Positions 28,336 to 40,988 of a DNA stretch of 64,000 bases are shown in pieces (within the stretch, counting starts at the first letter, position 1; every line of letters starts with the position of its first letter). The notes beneath the pieces are model-generated. The model ran no database searches. It worked only from the letters and a program-made list of their open reading frames with translations, and was not told where the DNA came from. The position numbers and the translations under genes were made by a program. The DNA is from Octopus sinensis (lineage: Eukaryota), in contig NC_043004.1 of NCBI RefSeq assembly GCF_006345805.1, positions 70,618,001 through 70,682,000 on the forward strand. The letters are read 5' to 3'.

Positions 28336-29044
28336 GTATAAGTTGGATGAGAACTCAATCAGTGACAGATATATGACAAAATTGGCTCTTTGATTTACAA
28401 ATATAGTCCATCTTGTAGTATACAAGACTAAGTGGTTGAGTATTTCACAGACATATATATCCTAAAGGTGTGTGGCTTAGTGGTTAGGGTATTTGGCTTA
28501 TGGTTGTAAGATCATAAGTTCAATTCTCAGCATTGTGTCCTTGAGCAAGACACTTTATTTCACATTGCTCCAGTCCATTCAGCAAGCAAAAATGAGTAGT
28601 ACCTGTAATTCAAAGGGCCAGCCTTGTCACATTCTGTGTCATGCTGAATTCTCCTGAGAACTATATTAAGGGTGCATGTGTCTGTGGAGCACTCAGCCAC
28701 TTGCACATTAATTTCACAAGCAGGCTTGTTTCATTGGAACCGTCATCAACCTTTGCAGACTCTTAGTCATGAAACTGCTAGAAACTGTGCCGACCTGTGC
28801 TGGAAACCATTGACATAGAGGAGACGTGGTATGTGTGACATCCTTCTTGATGTAAATAAATATGTTGTGCCCTGAATCAGAAGGTAAGCTGATTACGTTA
28901 GTTCAACAATTCTTATGAGATTATGAATGACTTAATAAAGTGGGCTACAGCTGCTACCATACTTAGTGCATGTCACTGACCCTTTTTAAGGTTTTCATTG
29001 ATTAGCTACCAAGTCAAGTGACCAACTCAAGTAATGCTATGCAG

Positions 29045-29560
29045 CTAGATAATGATGGTGATGATGATGATGGTGGTGGTGATGATGATGATGATGATGA
29101 TGATATTAGTGACAACAGTGATAGTCACCATGACGAAAACAGCAGCAATGATGACAACAAGGTAATCATGATATTGATGATGATGATAGAAATGAACAAG
29201 ATGATTATGATGATTATAATCATCATCATCAGAATGATCAAATTCATATCATCATCATATCATTTTATCATCGTCATCATCATCATCATCAACACCATCA
29301 TGATCATCATCATCATCATCATCTTTAACATCATCATCATTTTCATAATCATGAAGATGATAAAGAAGCAGAAGCAGCAGCAGAAGAAGAAGAAGAAGAA
29401 GAAAGAAGAAGAAGAAGAAGAAGAAGAAGAAGAAGAAGAAAAGAAGAAGAAGAAGAAGAAGAAGAAGAAGAAGAAGAAGGGAGGAGGAGGAGGACAACAA
29501 GATGATGATGATGATGAAGATGATGATGGTTGTGGTGGTGGTGATGACAACTATGATGAA
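29045..29560. repeat. Compound triplet tract (GAT)n-(ATC)n-(GAA)n-(GAT)n
   Basis: Direct reading. Confidence 0.95.
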
Positions 29561-29999
29561 GGAAACGAAGAAGACTGAGCCATATGACTTACATCTAGAC
29601 AAAATCCATCATCAGAAAATGCTTCTAACCTTTTAACCAACTGTCAAACATCATACACCCCCTTTCTCTCTCTCTCTCTTTCACTCTTTATGTATACATT
29701 CATTTATATAATCTACCTCAAGTGTAGATGTGTGCCTCAGTGCATTTATATAAATAATGCAATTTGAGATGATGGCAAGAGTGTAATGTAGCATGACATG
29801 CATACAGAAGCATGCATAATATAGTCAGGTATATATGTAGGTACATACATATGTATGTGTATATATACACATGTATGTATATACACATATATGTACATAC
29901 ATATGTATATGTAGGTACATATATATGTATGTTTATCTGTATGTACAAATGCATGTGTGTATATACACATGTATGTACAGTTAACACACACTCAAACCC

Positions 30000-30068
<69 letters not shown>

Positions 30069-30238
30069 ATATATATGCATATATAATTATTCATATATGT
30101 TTATGGGTGTTAAACTAGACAAACAAACTAGTATACACACACATTTGCATGTATGTATATATATATATATGAATAATCATATGTATATATCTATATGTGT
30201 GTATGTATATAAATAATTATATATATATGTTTGTATGC

Positions 30239-30272
<34 letters not shown>

Positions 30273-30540
30273 GTGTGTGTATAGTCATGTACATGTATAT
30301 ACTTGTTTGCTTAATGTGCATTTATCCATGCTAGTATTGGTTGGAAAGGAGCTTATTTGAAACAGTATCTACAGGCACACTCACATGCACACACACTCAC
30401 TCTCAAATAATTGTGCCGAAAGTGATGCAGAAATAGACATAACATCTTTTATAAACTAACATAGGTTGTTCAAACTGTACCTGTTAGTAAAGTAACTTTT
30501 CCTCTTTACAAAAGTACTTAACAACATCATCTGTATAGCT

Positions 30541-31184
30541 CAGAAGTTCTCAGACTTTTTGGGCCACCACCCCCATCATGGCCATATAATACCCTCTGCA
30601 CCCCCACCCCTATTTTTTATGTATAAATAAAATATTTTATATTTTACTAATTTATATATATATTGGAGGCGCAATGGCCTAGTGGTTAGGGCAGCAGACT
30701 CGCAGTCGCAGGATCGCGGTTTCGATTCCCAGACCGGGCGTTGTGAGTGTTTATTGAGCAAAAACACCTAAAAGCTCCACGAGGCTCCGGCAGGGGGTGG
30801 TGATTCCTACTGTACTCTTTCACCACTCTTTCTCTCACTCTTTCTTCTGTTGCCCTGCTCGCTTAGCCAGCGGGGTGGCGTTATTCGAAGGCTAAAACAA
30901 TGTGAACGCATTGTGACCAGCGATGTGTAACAACATCTGATGGTCTGGTCGGTCACGTGATCATGTGATCACTAATTTATATATACTATGAATCATTTAA
31001 TATTTAATATAATATATAACTTGTATACAATACTATAATAATATTATAAATTCATAGCATCCCCCAATCTGCTACCGTCCTCCCAATGCCTCCTTTTTCT
31101 CTACCGCACTCCCCACCCACCCACAGCACCCCCTTAGACACCAGCGCCCACTAGGGGCAATAGCACCCACTTTGAGAACCCATG
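30541..31184. mobile_element. hAT-type MITE with nested SINE
   Basis: Perfect 8-bp TSD GTATAGCT at 30533-40 and 31185-92; ends CAGAAGTTCTCA / TGAGAACCCATG. Confidence 0.85.
30663..30970 (+). mobile_element. SINE family A (same tail as 8708-9020)
   Basis: Near-identical to 8708-9020. Confidence 0.9.
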
Positions 31185-31224
31185 GTATAGCTAATAATGC
31201 ATTGGAAAGCAATTCGGGTTTGCA

Positions 31225-32660
31225 CTATAGTACCCACTTCACTCACATTCTCACCTCGTCTGTCTCATCAAATCATTATCCCCAAAGACAGTCCATCATA
31301 GGACTGAACAGATAGAAGTCAGAGGGTATCATATCTGGGCTATTACAGTATATAAGAGACCACTGACCGACCTAGTTTTCTGATTGCCTGATTTGTGGCC
31401 AAAGATGTGTTTGATCCCCCATTGTAATGGTGAATGTGGAATCATTCTCAGATCCTTGTTTGATCTCTTCCTCCAAACGATCTCAAATTTTTGAGTGTCT
31501 CAATTATACTGTTCATTGTTCATGGTACATCCATATTCCAGAAAAACCAAGGAGAATACCACTCTTATTATCCCCCAAAAAGCAGTTACCATGACTTTCT
31601 ATGCTTCTCATTGACTTTTGAACTTCATAAGCCAGGGAGAAGAGGTGTAATGTTATTCCTTGACCAGAGCCTTTATTTCTGCATCATAAAAATACACCCA
31701 AGTTTCATCTCCTGTCCCTAGAATGGGAAAACAATGTGTCTACATTGGCTTCAAATGCTTCCAGCAGATCAGAGCACACTCTTTCCCTTCTCCTTCATAT
31801 CAGGTGCTAGTGGAGCGCTAAGAGTACCATCCAAGCGCGATCGTTGCCAGAGCAACAAACTGGCTTCCATGCCGGTGGCATGTAAAAAGCAACATTCGAG
31901 CATGATCGTTACTTGCGTCACCTTACTGGCACTTGTGCTGGTGGCACGTGAAACAAACATTCAAGCGAGGTCATTGCCAGTGCCACTGGACTGGCTCCTG
32001 TGCAGGTGGCACATAAAAAGCACCATTTGAGGTGGCCGTTGCCAGTACCGCCTGACTGGCCTTCGAACCGACAGCATATAAAAGCACCCACTACACTCTC
32101 AAAGTGGTTGGCATTAGGAAGGGCACCCAGCTGTAGAAACTCTGCCAGATGAGATTGGAGTCTGGTGCAGCCATCTGGTTTGCCAGACCTCAGTCAAATC
32201 GTCCAACCCGTGCTAGCATGGAAAGCGGACGTTAAACGATGATGATGATGATGATGATGATGTGATGATGATGATGCACCCAATTCATCACATTATTTGA
32301 TACCCAGATTCTCCCCCACTTCATCTTCTGTAATGCATTGTGGCTACAGTCCAGTACTACAGCAAACTCCTGGATTGTGAACTTGTCTGTTCACAGGAAT
32401 CAATTCATCCACTTGCTGGTGATTCATACCAGTAATTACAGTTGATGGTATCCCACTCTCAGGTTTGTCTTCAATGCTGGTTTCTCCTTCTTTAAACTTC
32501 TCCATCAGTTTTGTGAACACTGTCATTGACACCATTTCGATGACCAAGCTGTAGCCTTCCATTGTTGTCAAACAGCCTGCTCCTCACTTTTATCAAGAAC
32601 TCAATCATGGTGCATCGCTTCTGCTTCTGAAAGCTACTCTTTACTCGAAATGGAGAAGAA
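31225..32660 (-). pseudogene. Decayed mariner transposase, split by an RTE tail
   Basis: Minus-strand remnants FKEGETSIEDKPESGIPST (HTH region), GDETWVYFYD (first catalytic D) and SPDMIPSDFYLF (third D); many stops and frameshifts. Confidence 0.85.
31800..32275 (+). mobile_element. RTE-type 3' UTR/tail with tandem GGCACRTAAAAAGCACC units
   Basis: Matches other copies; ends in (GAT)n. Confidence 0.8.
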
Positions 32661-32689
32661 CACCGAAATGTGCAATTTGAATAACTTAC

Positions 32690-32925
32690 ATCATTATCAT
32701 CATCATCACTATCATCATCACCATCATCATCATCTTCATCACCACCATCATTATCACTACCACCACCACCACCACCACCATCATCATTACCATCATCATC
32801 ATCATCATCACCACCACTGCCACCACCACCACCATCATCATCGTCAACATCATCATTGCCACTGCCACCACCACCCCCTCTACCACCATCATCATCATCA
32901 CCACCACCGCCGCCGCCACCACCGT

Positions 32926-32956
<31 letters not shown>

Positions 32957-33040
32957 GCCATCACCACCACCACTGCCGCCATCACCACCACCATCACCAC
33001 CACCTCCACCACATCATCATCATCATCATCATCATCTATC
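32690..33040. repeat. (CAT/CAC)n compound triplet tract
   Basis: Direct reading; source of the poly-His pseudo-ORF. Confidence 0.95.
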
Positions 33041-33199
33041 TGTCTTTGTGAATGCTTTTACCAATTGATAATCTCAGCACTTATTGTAAAAATTTTCAAA
33101 TTTTACATTTACACAGTTCATGCATGTATCATAGCTAAAAGAATTTTGTGACTTTCCTGGAATGGAATGCAAAATGCTATTATGATATGGTCACACCAG

Positions 33200-33400
33200 A
33201 TTTTTATCAATGGCACCAGCAGTTGAAAAACCATCTACATATTTGTCACCAAAACACTGCCCAAAATTGATAAGACAAATTTTTGAAAATGATTATAGAG
33301 ATATGTATTTAGGGTTTGTATGGGGACAACTTAACCTCAACATTTCAAAAAAGTATTTCAGGCTCCAGAGAAAGATAGCGCCATTGCATTAGATATCTAA
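33200..33400 (+). pseudogene. Possible ancient LINE (L2/CR1-group) ORF2 thumb fragment
   Basis: YLGFVWGQLNLNISKKYFRLQRKIA resembles the Y..vWG....l.klf.lQkrA motif; resemblance only. Confidence 0.3.
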
Positions 33401-33769
33401 ACCAGAAATACAAAACCTTATTTTAAATCTAAGAGAATACAAAAAAGACTGTGTATTTATTATTTATATTGCAGTGTAAAAAGACCTTATTGAGGAGAGT
33501 GAAACAAAATGAGGAAAGCCTTAAAAATGTTAAGAATATTTCATGAAAGATGTTTCTCAATGGTCCTGGTTTCAATTTGGAAAATTACAGTCAGACTATG
33601 CAGGCATGGCTGTGTGGTAAAAAGCTTGCTTCCCAACCACAAGTTTCTGAGTTTAGTTCCACTGTGTGGTACTGTGGGCAAGTGTCTTCTACTATAACAT
33701 TGAGCCAACCTCAACCAAGGCCTTGTGGGTGGATTTGGTAGGACTGAAACTGAGAAAAGTCCACTGTAT

Positions 33770-33799
<30 letters not shown>

Positions 33800-33800
<1 letters not shown>

Positions 33801-34200
33801 CATCATCATCATCATTTAGCGTCCGCTTTCCATGCTAGCATGGGTTGGACGGTTCAACTGGGGTCTGGGAAGCCAGAAGGCTGCACCAGGCCCAGTCTGA
33901 TCTGGCAGTGTTTCTACAGCTGGATGCCCTTCCTAACGCCAACCACTCCATGAGTGTAGTGAGTGCTTTTTACATGCCACCGGCACAGTTGCCAGATGGG
34001 GCTGGCAAACGGCCACGGTCGGATGGTGCTTTTTACATGCCACCGGCACGGTAGCCAGGCAAGGTTGGCAACGAACACAATCGGATGATGCTTTTTACGT
34101 ACCACCAGCACGGGGGCCAGGCGAGACTGGCAACAGCCACGATCGGATGGTACTTTTACATGCCACTGACACGGGGGCCAGGCGAGACTGGCAATGGCCA
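33800..34200 (-). mobile_element. RTE-type 3' UTR/tail
   Basis: Reverse complement of the tail consensus with tandem internal units. Confidence 0.85.
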
Positions 34201-34321
34201 CGATATATACATATATAAATTGAAGATGTAAGCATTAACATGATTATATCAGTGGCTAGCGTATAAAAAAACAAACATATTGGTATTAAATATATATATA
34301 TATATATATTTGTGCGTGTAT

Positions 34322-34412
<91 letters not shown>

Positions 34413-34665
34413 TAGATGTTTATGTATATGTATGCTCTTCCCCCATCCACCACTTGACAACTGGTGTTGGTGTGTTTATGTTCCTGTAACTTAGTGATTT
34501 GACAAATGAGACCAACTGAATAAATACCAGGGTTAGCAAAATAAGCATTGGGGTCAATTCATTAAACTAAAATTCTTCAAACCATTGCCTCAGCATGGTT
34601 GCACTCTAATGACTGAAGCAAGTGAAAAAGTAAAACATGGCAGATGTTAAACGATGATGATGATG

Positions 34666-34697
<32 letters not shown>

Positions 34698-34708
34698 CAT
34701 CATCATCA

Positions 34709-35018
34709 TGCCGGTGGCACGTAAAAAGCACCATCCGATTGTGTTTGTCGCCAACCTTGCCTGGCTACCGTGCCGGTGGCACGTAAAAAGCACCATCCAA
34801 CCATGGCCGTTTGCCAGCCCCGTCTGGCAACTGTGCTGGTGGCATGTAAAAAGCACCCACTACACTCACGGAGTGGTTGGCGTTAGGAAGGCGTACAGCT
34901 GTAGAAACACTGCCAGATCAGACTGGGCCTGGTGCAGCCTTCTGGCTTCCCAGACCCCAGTTGAACCGTCCAACCGATGCTAGCATGGAAAGCGGATGCT
35001 AAATGATGATGATGATGA
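34709..35018 (+). mobile_element. RTE-type 3' UTR/tail, inverted near-copy of 33800-34100
   Basis: Same unit order and diagnostic CCAACCTTGCCTGGCTACCGTGCCGG. Confidence 0.85.
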
Positions 35019-35227
35019 TTTATATATATAAATACTGTATTACGTATATTATACATATATATTTACACTGTTGGAGTGGTTGGTGTTAGGAAGGGCATCG
35101 AGCTGTAGAAACCATGCCAAATTAGACTGGAACTAGTGCAGCTGTCTGGTTTACTTGTTCCAGTCAAACCGTCTAACCCATGCCAGCATGGAAATCAGAC
35201 ATTAAATGATGATGATGATGTGTGTGT

Positions 35228-35277
<50 letters not shown>

Positions 35278-35599
35278 CTCATGAAAGAGTCCATAAGTCA
35301 AGAAAAAACACACTTGTATATTTGGGTGTATCTGGGTATATTAATTGAAGTGTACAGTATTATATTTCCATTATGGCCAATCTTACCTATTGGTTTCACA
35401 CCAGGAGTTCAACAGAGTGTTAGGTAACTGCCCAGTCATGTAATTTTATGCTCTTCAGAGGTAGCATAACAGCAACCTCTTGGTATCCCATTGCCATCAT
35501 TCATCAAAAGCACCTATTGATAAGTACAGGTATTGGACTTTCCCTTAATTCTCATATGAGAAAATGACTGGTAAAAGCAGCTGAAATGGAACTATAATA

Positions 35600-35646
<47 letters not shown>

Positions 35647-35760
35647 TAAATTAGAGATAAAACCACTATTAGGCAAATCATACAATGAAAAACTTAAGCC
35701 AATACATAAGATTAATTAATTTATATTATTTTAAATATATATCAAAATTATTAAAAAAGA

Positions 35761-35827
35761 TAACTACGATCGTTTCATGGCTGTCCAATTCGTAATAATT
35801 CGAGTTGCAGTTAATCTTCAGGTGATT
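35761..35827 (-). ncRNA. Hammerhead-like motif with extended stem II (Penelope-like remnant)
   Basis: Minus strand AATCAC-CTGAAGA-t..long hairpin..cagccat-GAAAC-GATC-GTA-GTTA; palindromic ACGATCGT. Confidence 0.55.
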
Positions 35828-36149
35828 GAAATATTTATCTTAGCGAGGTTTAATCATAATTAAAACATGCAACAGATGCAACAGACCATATTTTCAGTGA
35901 GATTGGTGGATAAGTTAGGGATTTTGACTCTCCTTTCTAGCAAGCTGGTGCTTTGTGTACCCTCTATTGTAATTATGAATTTATTGTATAGCTATTTAAT
36001 GCTAACATTGCTTGCTGCTACTAATATTATTGGTGTTGATTATTATCAGATATTTAGATTTACTGCTGATAATGATAATAATAATAATATCTTTGTGAAT
36101 ATTCATTTGAAATATTTACTCATTTTTATATATATATATATATTGAAAT

Positions 36150-36720
36150 ATAAAAATGGGACAAGAACGCAAATAATCCAAACATTTAGGTGAAACGAAG
36201 AAGAGGCAACAAAATATCCAGACAGATGATACAAGGAAAACAAGGACGGATCATTCGGAGTTTTCTGTCCGCAGTCGAGTTCCAGATTATCTTTGCAATT
36301 TCGGCTGGTTATACTCGAGATTGCTCCAATATAGCCAGCCCCAAGGAAAAAATACGCTAAGAGCATTACATTCCTTGGAAGAAAGCAGCGAATGTATACG
36401 AAAACAAGTATGGAAAAAAAAAACAGAGAAATGTTACACAAATACAAATACCAGGACATAACAACAGGTGTCTTTCGACTAAGGACGAATTAAATTAAGC
36501 TGGCGTGTGTGGAAGTAAAGCTTTACGGCAGAGTCATAAGATTTAACAGACACAGGGTGGAATATAGATGTTGCACGGACAGTAGTCCAACCAAGAAAGC
36601 AAGGTCAGGCCTGGCCAAACACTGGTCACGTGGGGAGAGAAGGGAGAAAGGTAGAGGCAGAGGGATAGAAGAATTAAGAGAAGCAAGAGTAAAATGAAAG
36701 AGACACAGTGAAATGAAAGA
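36150..36720. mobile_element. Unclassified CpG-retaining repeat fragment, possibly Penelope-like
   Basis: Embedded next to (TA)n; long hairpin GGCTGGTTATA...TATAGCCAGCC; no ORF. Confidence 0.3.
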
Positions 36721-37009
36721 GGCAAAGTGAGCATAAATAGAAGGCCAGGAAATGTGAGAGAGGGGGAACGAAAGAGAATGAAAGAACGAAGAGTTGAATG
36801 AGCAAAGTGTGAAAGGGCTGACATATATATATATATTCATATATATATATTAGTATATCTGCTCTGCTGGTGAATATACGAGTGCCTGTTTTTTCCTGAC
36901 TTATGGCTCCTTAGATGACTACAAATATAAATACACTCACACACACACATACATACACACGCATGCACACATGCACACACACACACATGCATATGTATAT
37001 AGATAGATA

Positions 37010-37049
37010 GGTAGATTGATAGACAAATATGTAGACAGATAGATAAATG

Positions 37050-37114
<65 letters not shown>

Positions 37115-37318
37115 GTAGATAGATAGACTGATAGATAGACTCACAGACAGATTCACAGATAGATACATACATATAGGTACACACATATAGATAGATACAC
37201 ACATACAGATATACATATATAGATAGATAGACACATACATATAGATACATACATATAGATACTCACATACAGATAGATACACATATATATACATATATAC
37301 ATATTAGTGTATATAATT

Positions 37319-37392
<74 letters not shown>

Positions 37393-37400
37393 CACTCTAG
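37010..37400. repeat. (GATA)n and (TA)n microsatellites
   Basis: Direct reading. Confidence 0.95.
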
Positions 37401-37831
37401 CTTTTAACTTTTCTCTCACTCTAATTCTTATCCCCTCTCTCATCCTCTCTATACTCAGCACTCTCTCACCATCAACACACACACACATATACACACACAC
37501 ACATACACACACACACACACACATACACACACACACATCAACGTCTTCCCTCCCTTCACATGCTCCTCCTCCTCTTCAGTACAGGTCGGCTAATTTATAC
37601 TGTATTAACAACCATCTCTTGACCGATATTTCGCAACAGTATTCTGAAAAAGAGAGAGAGAGAGAGAAGAAGAAGGAGGAGGAGGAGGAGAAGAAGAAGA
37701 AGAAGGAGAAGAAGAAGAAGAAGAAGAAGAAGGGTTGCAGATGAATTTAAAGACATTTTACTTCATCAAAATCTGTGTGGGCGGCAGGTTGAGGAGGGAT
37801 GTTAGAAACAATTAAGGAACAAGAGACCTTG

Positions 37832-37867
<36 letters not shown>

Positions 37868-38079
37868 TGTGTGTGTGTATGGATCTTCTGTCTGTGCAGG
37901 AAAGGGGCAGTCATCATTATCATTATTATTTTTGCTGTTGTTGTTGTTGTTGTCATTGTTGCTGCTGCTGCTGCTTTTGTTGTTATTCTCAGAATCCATT
38001 TCTATATTTTGGTGGGTGTTTGTAGGAGTTCGTTTCTGGGTAGGTATATATGTAGATGTATGTAGAGGGAAAGGTCTGT

Positions 38080-38117
<38 letters not shown>

Positions 38118-38254
38118 TTTGGGTGGAAGGATGGGGCAGTGTAAATTAGAAAATGAAGAAAAGAAGAAAAAAAGGCAACGAATGAGTGAGAGAGAGAAAT
38201 TGCGATGTGTATATGCTGGAGACAGGAAGAAGGCTGGTGGAAAAATAAGGAAGA

Positions 38255-38687
38255 GTGCATGTAAGGGTGGGTGCGTGTGTGCGTGCTTGTGTGTGTGAGT
38301 GTGTGTATGTTTGTGTGTGTGTGTGTGTGCATGTTTATGTATGCATGTGTGCGCGTGTATGTGTGTGTGTGTGTGTGCATGTGTGTGTGTGTGTGTGTGT
38401 GCAGCCGTATGTGTGTGTGCATGTGCAGCCATGTGTGTGTGTGTGCAGTCGTGTGTGCATGTGTGCAGCCATATATGTGTGTGTGCAGCCATGTGTGCGT
38501 GTGTGCAGCCATGTGTGTGTGTGCAGCCGTGTACTTGTGTGTGTGTGTGTGTGTGTCAATGTGTATGCATGTATGTATGTGTGCATGTGATAGAAAGATA
38601 GATAGATGGATGCATGCATGCATGGACAGACAAATGGACAGATAGATGGATGAATGGATAGATGCATGCACAGACAGACAGACAGAC

Positions 38688-38742
<55 letters not shown>

Positions 38743-38830
38743 AGATAGAAGATAGATAGATAGATAGATAGATAGATGGATAAATAGAGGGATAGATAGA
38801 TTGATAGATAGATAGATAGATAGACAGGTA
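38255..38830. repeat. (TG)n with periodic GCAGCC spacers, then (GATA)n
   Basis: Direct reading. Confidence 0.9.
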
Positions 38831-39174
38831 TGTCCTCTTCTGTTTATGTGCTATCCAATATCATTTAAAGAGATCAGAAGATAGTATAGTCCTTTGTATT
38901 CATTCCATTTTCGAAGAGGTCCTCAAATTTGGAGCATTGTTATAGTACATAAAATAAGTAGGTTTCATCAGCTGGCAGAAAAATTATTGATCAACTTGTT
39001 GTTATCAACATATATTTCAAGTGATTATACATATACATACATGATCTAATGCAGCTGAGTACTGAATACAATAAGCTCATCACACACATATAGATAGATA
39101 CATACATACATCTATATATATATATATATATAAAAACGCATGCATACATAGTTACATATACATACATATATCGT

Positions 39175-39557
39175 GGCACCCTGTTGGTTATGACGATGAG
39201 GGTTGCAGTTGATCCAATCAACGGAACAGCCTGCTCGTGAAATTAATACGCAAGTGGCTGAGCACTCCACAGTCACGTGTACCCTTAACGTAGTTCTCAG
39301 GGAGATTCAGCATGACACAGAGTGTGATGAGGCTGACCTTTTGAAATACAGGTACAACAGAAACAGGAAGAAAGTGTGAGAGAAAATTGTTGAGAGAGAG
39401 AGTACAGCAGGGTTAGCCACCACCCCCTGCGAGAGCCTCGTGGAGCTTTTAGGTGTTTTCGCTCAATAAACACTCACAACACCCGGTTTGGGAATCGAAA
39501 CCACGATCCCGCGACTGCGAGTATTGCTACCCTAACCACTGGGCCATTGCTCCTCCA
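39175..39557 (-). mobile_element. SINE family A, third tail type
   Basis: Reverse complement of 19395-19780. Confidence 0.85.
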
Positions 39558-39574
39558 CACATACATATATATAT

Positions 39575-39677
39575 ATATATTCTTTTATTTGTTTCAGTCA
39601 TCTGACTGTGGCCATGCTGGAGTACCATCTTTAATCGATATCAAGCGATGGTGGGTAGGACAAACAGAGACACACAA

Positions 39678-39733
<56 letters not shown>

Positions 39734-39922
39734 GTATATATATATATTATATATATATACAACTGGCTTATTTCAGTTTCCATCTACCAACTCCACTCAT
39801 AAGGCTTTGGTCAGCCTAAGGCTATAGTAGAAGACACTTGCCCAAGGTGCCATGCAGTGTAACTGAACACAGAACCATGTGGTTGGTAAGCAAGCTACTT
39901 ACCACACAGCCACTCCTGTGCC
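39575..39922 (-). mobile_element. SINE family B
   Basis: Reverse-complement consensus match. Confidence 0.75.
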
Positions 39923-39944
39923 TATTATATATAGATATACATAT

Positions 39945-40140
39945 AATTAATCAAAAAACGGAGAAAAAAGACAAGAACAAAACAACAACGTGAGAACGTG
40001 GTACATGCATAGTATTAATAAGATGCTCAGACAAGGAATGAAAAAGTGGTTGTTTTATGTTTCAAGCAAAGCTCTTCTTCGGAAATAGGAGACATAGGAA
40101 AGTCTAAAAGAAAAGGAAGAAGGAAGAAAAAATTGCATGT
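39945..40140 (-). mobile_element. Penelope-like pLTR remnant, paralog of 18890-19080
   Basis: Colinear similarity; degenerate hammerhead at 40052-40086. Confidence 0.55.
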
Positions 40141-40287
40141 AATAATGTATATCTTCTTGAAAAGCTTAGTAACTTCTATGCTGGAGTAAGAACAACATGT
40201 TCTTTGTCTATCTCCTTAACTTCTTGGAGATTTTAGGTATAATTATACTAATGTGTCCATCTTGTGTTAATTAAATTCTTTGTTTTT

Positions 40288-40376
40288 GTGCAGGTGAAGA
40301 TTGCTCTGCATTTTAAATTGACGTAGTGATTGTATTGTTCAATTAAATGGAGTTGCATGAAACGATCGTACTACAT
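40288..40376 (+). ncRNA. Hammerhead-like motif with extended stem II (C3->G)
   Basis: GTGCAG-GTGAAGA-ttgctctgcattttaaattga...tcaattaaatggagttgcat-GAAAC-GATC-GTA-CTACAT. Confidence 0.5.
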
Positions 40377-40492
40377 TACCTCTGGATATCCTTGTTGCTT
40401 ATTTTGATTATTTTGATTATTTATATATATATATAATATGCATGTTTGAATTTGTACATATTTGTATATTTAAATGAAGATGAACATGCAAA

Positions 40493-40523
<31 letters not shown>

Positions 40524-40835
40524 TAGATAGATAGATATTGAGAAACTGAGTCAATAGAAAAAAAACACAAGGCTTATAGATAAAATCGTAAGCAGATTAG
40601 CTATATTCTTGCAGTTTTTACATATTTCACCAATACTTTCACTTTTTTTCCTGAATTTCAATGAACTGTGAGAAAAACAAGATGGCTATTTTGTACGTGT
40701 CAATTTTATCAGATTAAAAAATATATATATATGCTCTAGAAACATGTTTGCATTAAGTACATTTTTATTGACATGTGATGAAAGCTGTGATTATCAGTGG
40801 ACAGAACAGTTATACACAAGCACACACACGCACGC

Positions 40836-40877
<42 letters not shown>

Positions 40878-40988
40878 GCACTCTCACATTATATACAGCA
40901 GGTATTTGTTTCTTTCTATCAACCCCACTCGCAAGGTTTTGGTTAGCTCACCCATTCTGTATATGAATGTATATATATATATATGTAT

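Noticed and set aside
29018-29578. 186-aa ORF with poly-D/I/K/E
   Set aside because: Pure compound triplet repeat; no complex sequence or splice support
32650-33051. Poly-His ORF suggesting a beak or metal-binding protein
   Set aside because: (CAT/CAC)n tract; starts inside a mariner remnant; lacks Gly/Ala motifs and a signal peptide
36285-36350. Hammerhead on the minus strand (long hairpin + GAAATTGCAA)
   Set aside because: No CUGANGA in register (reads CTTGGGG)
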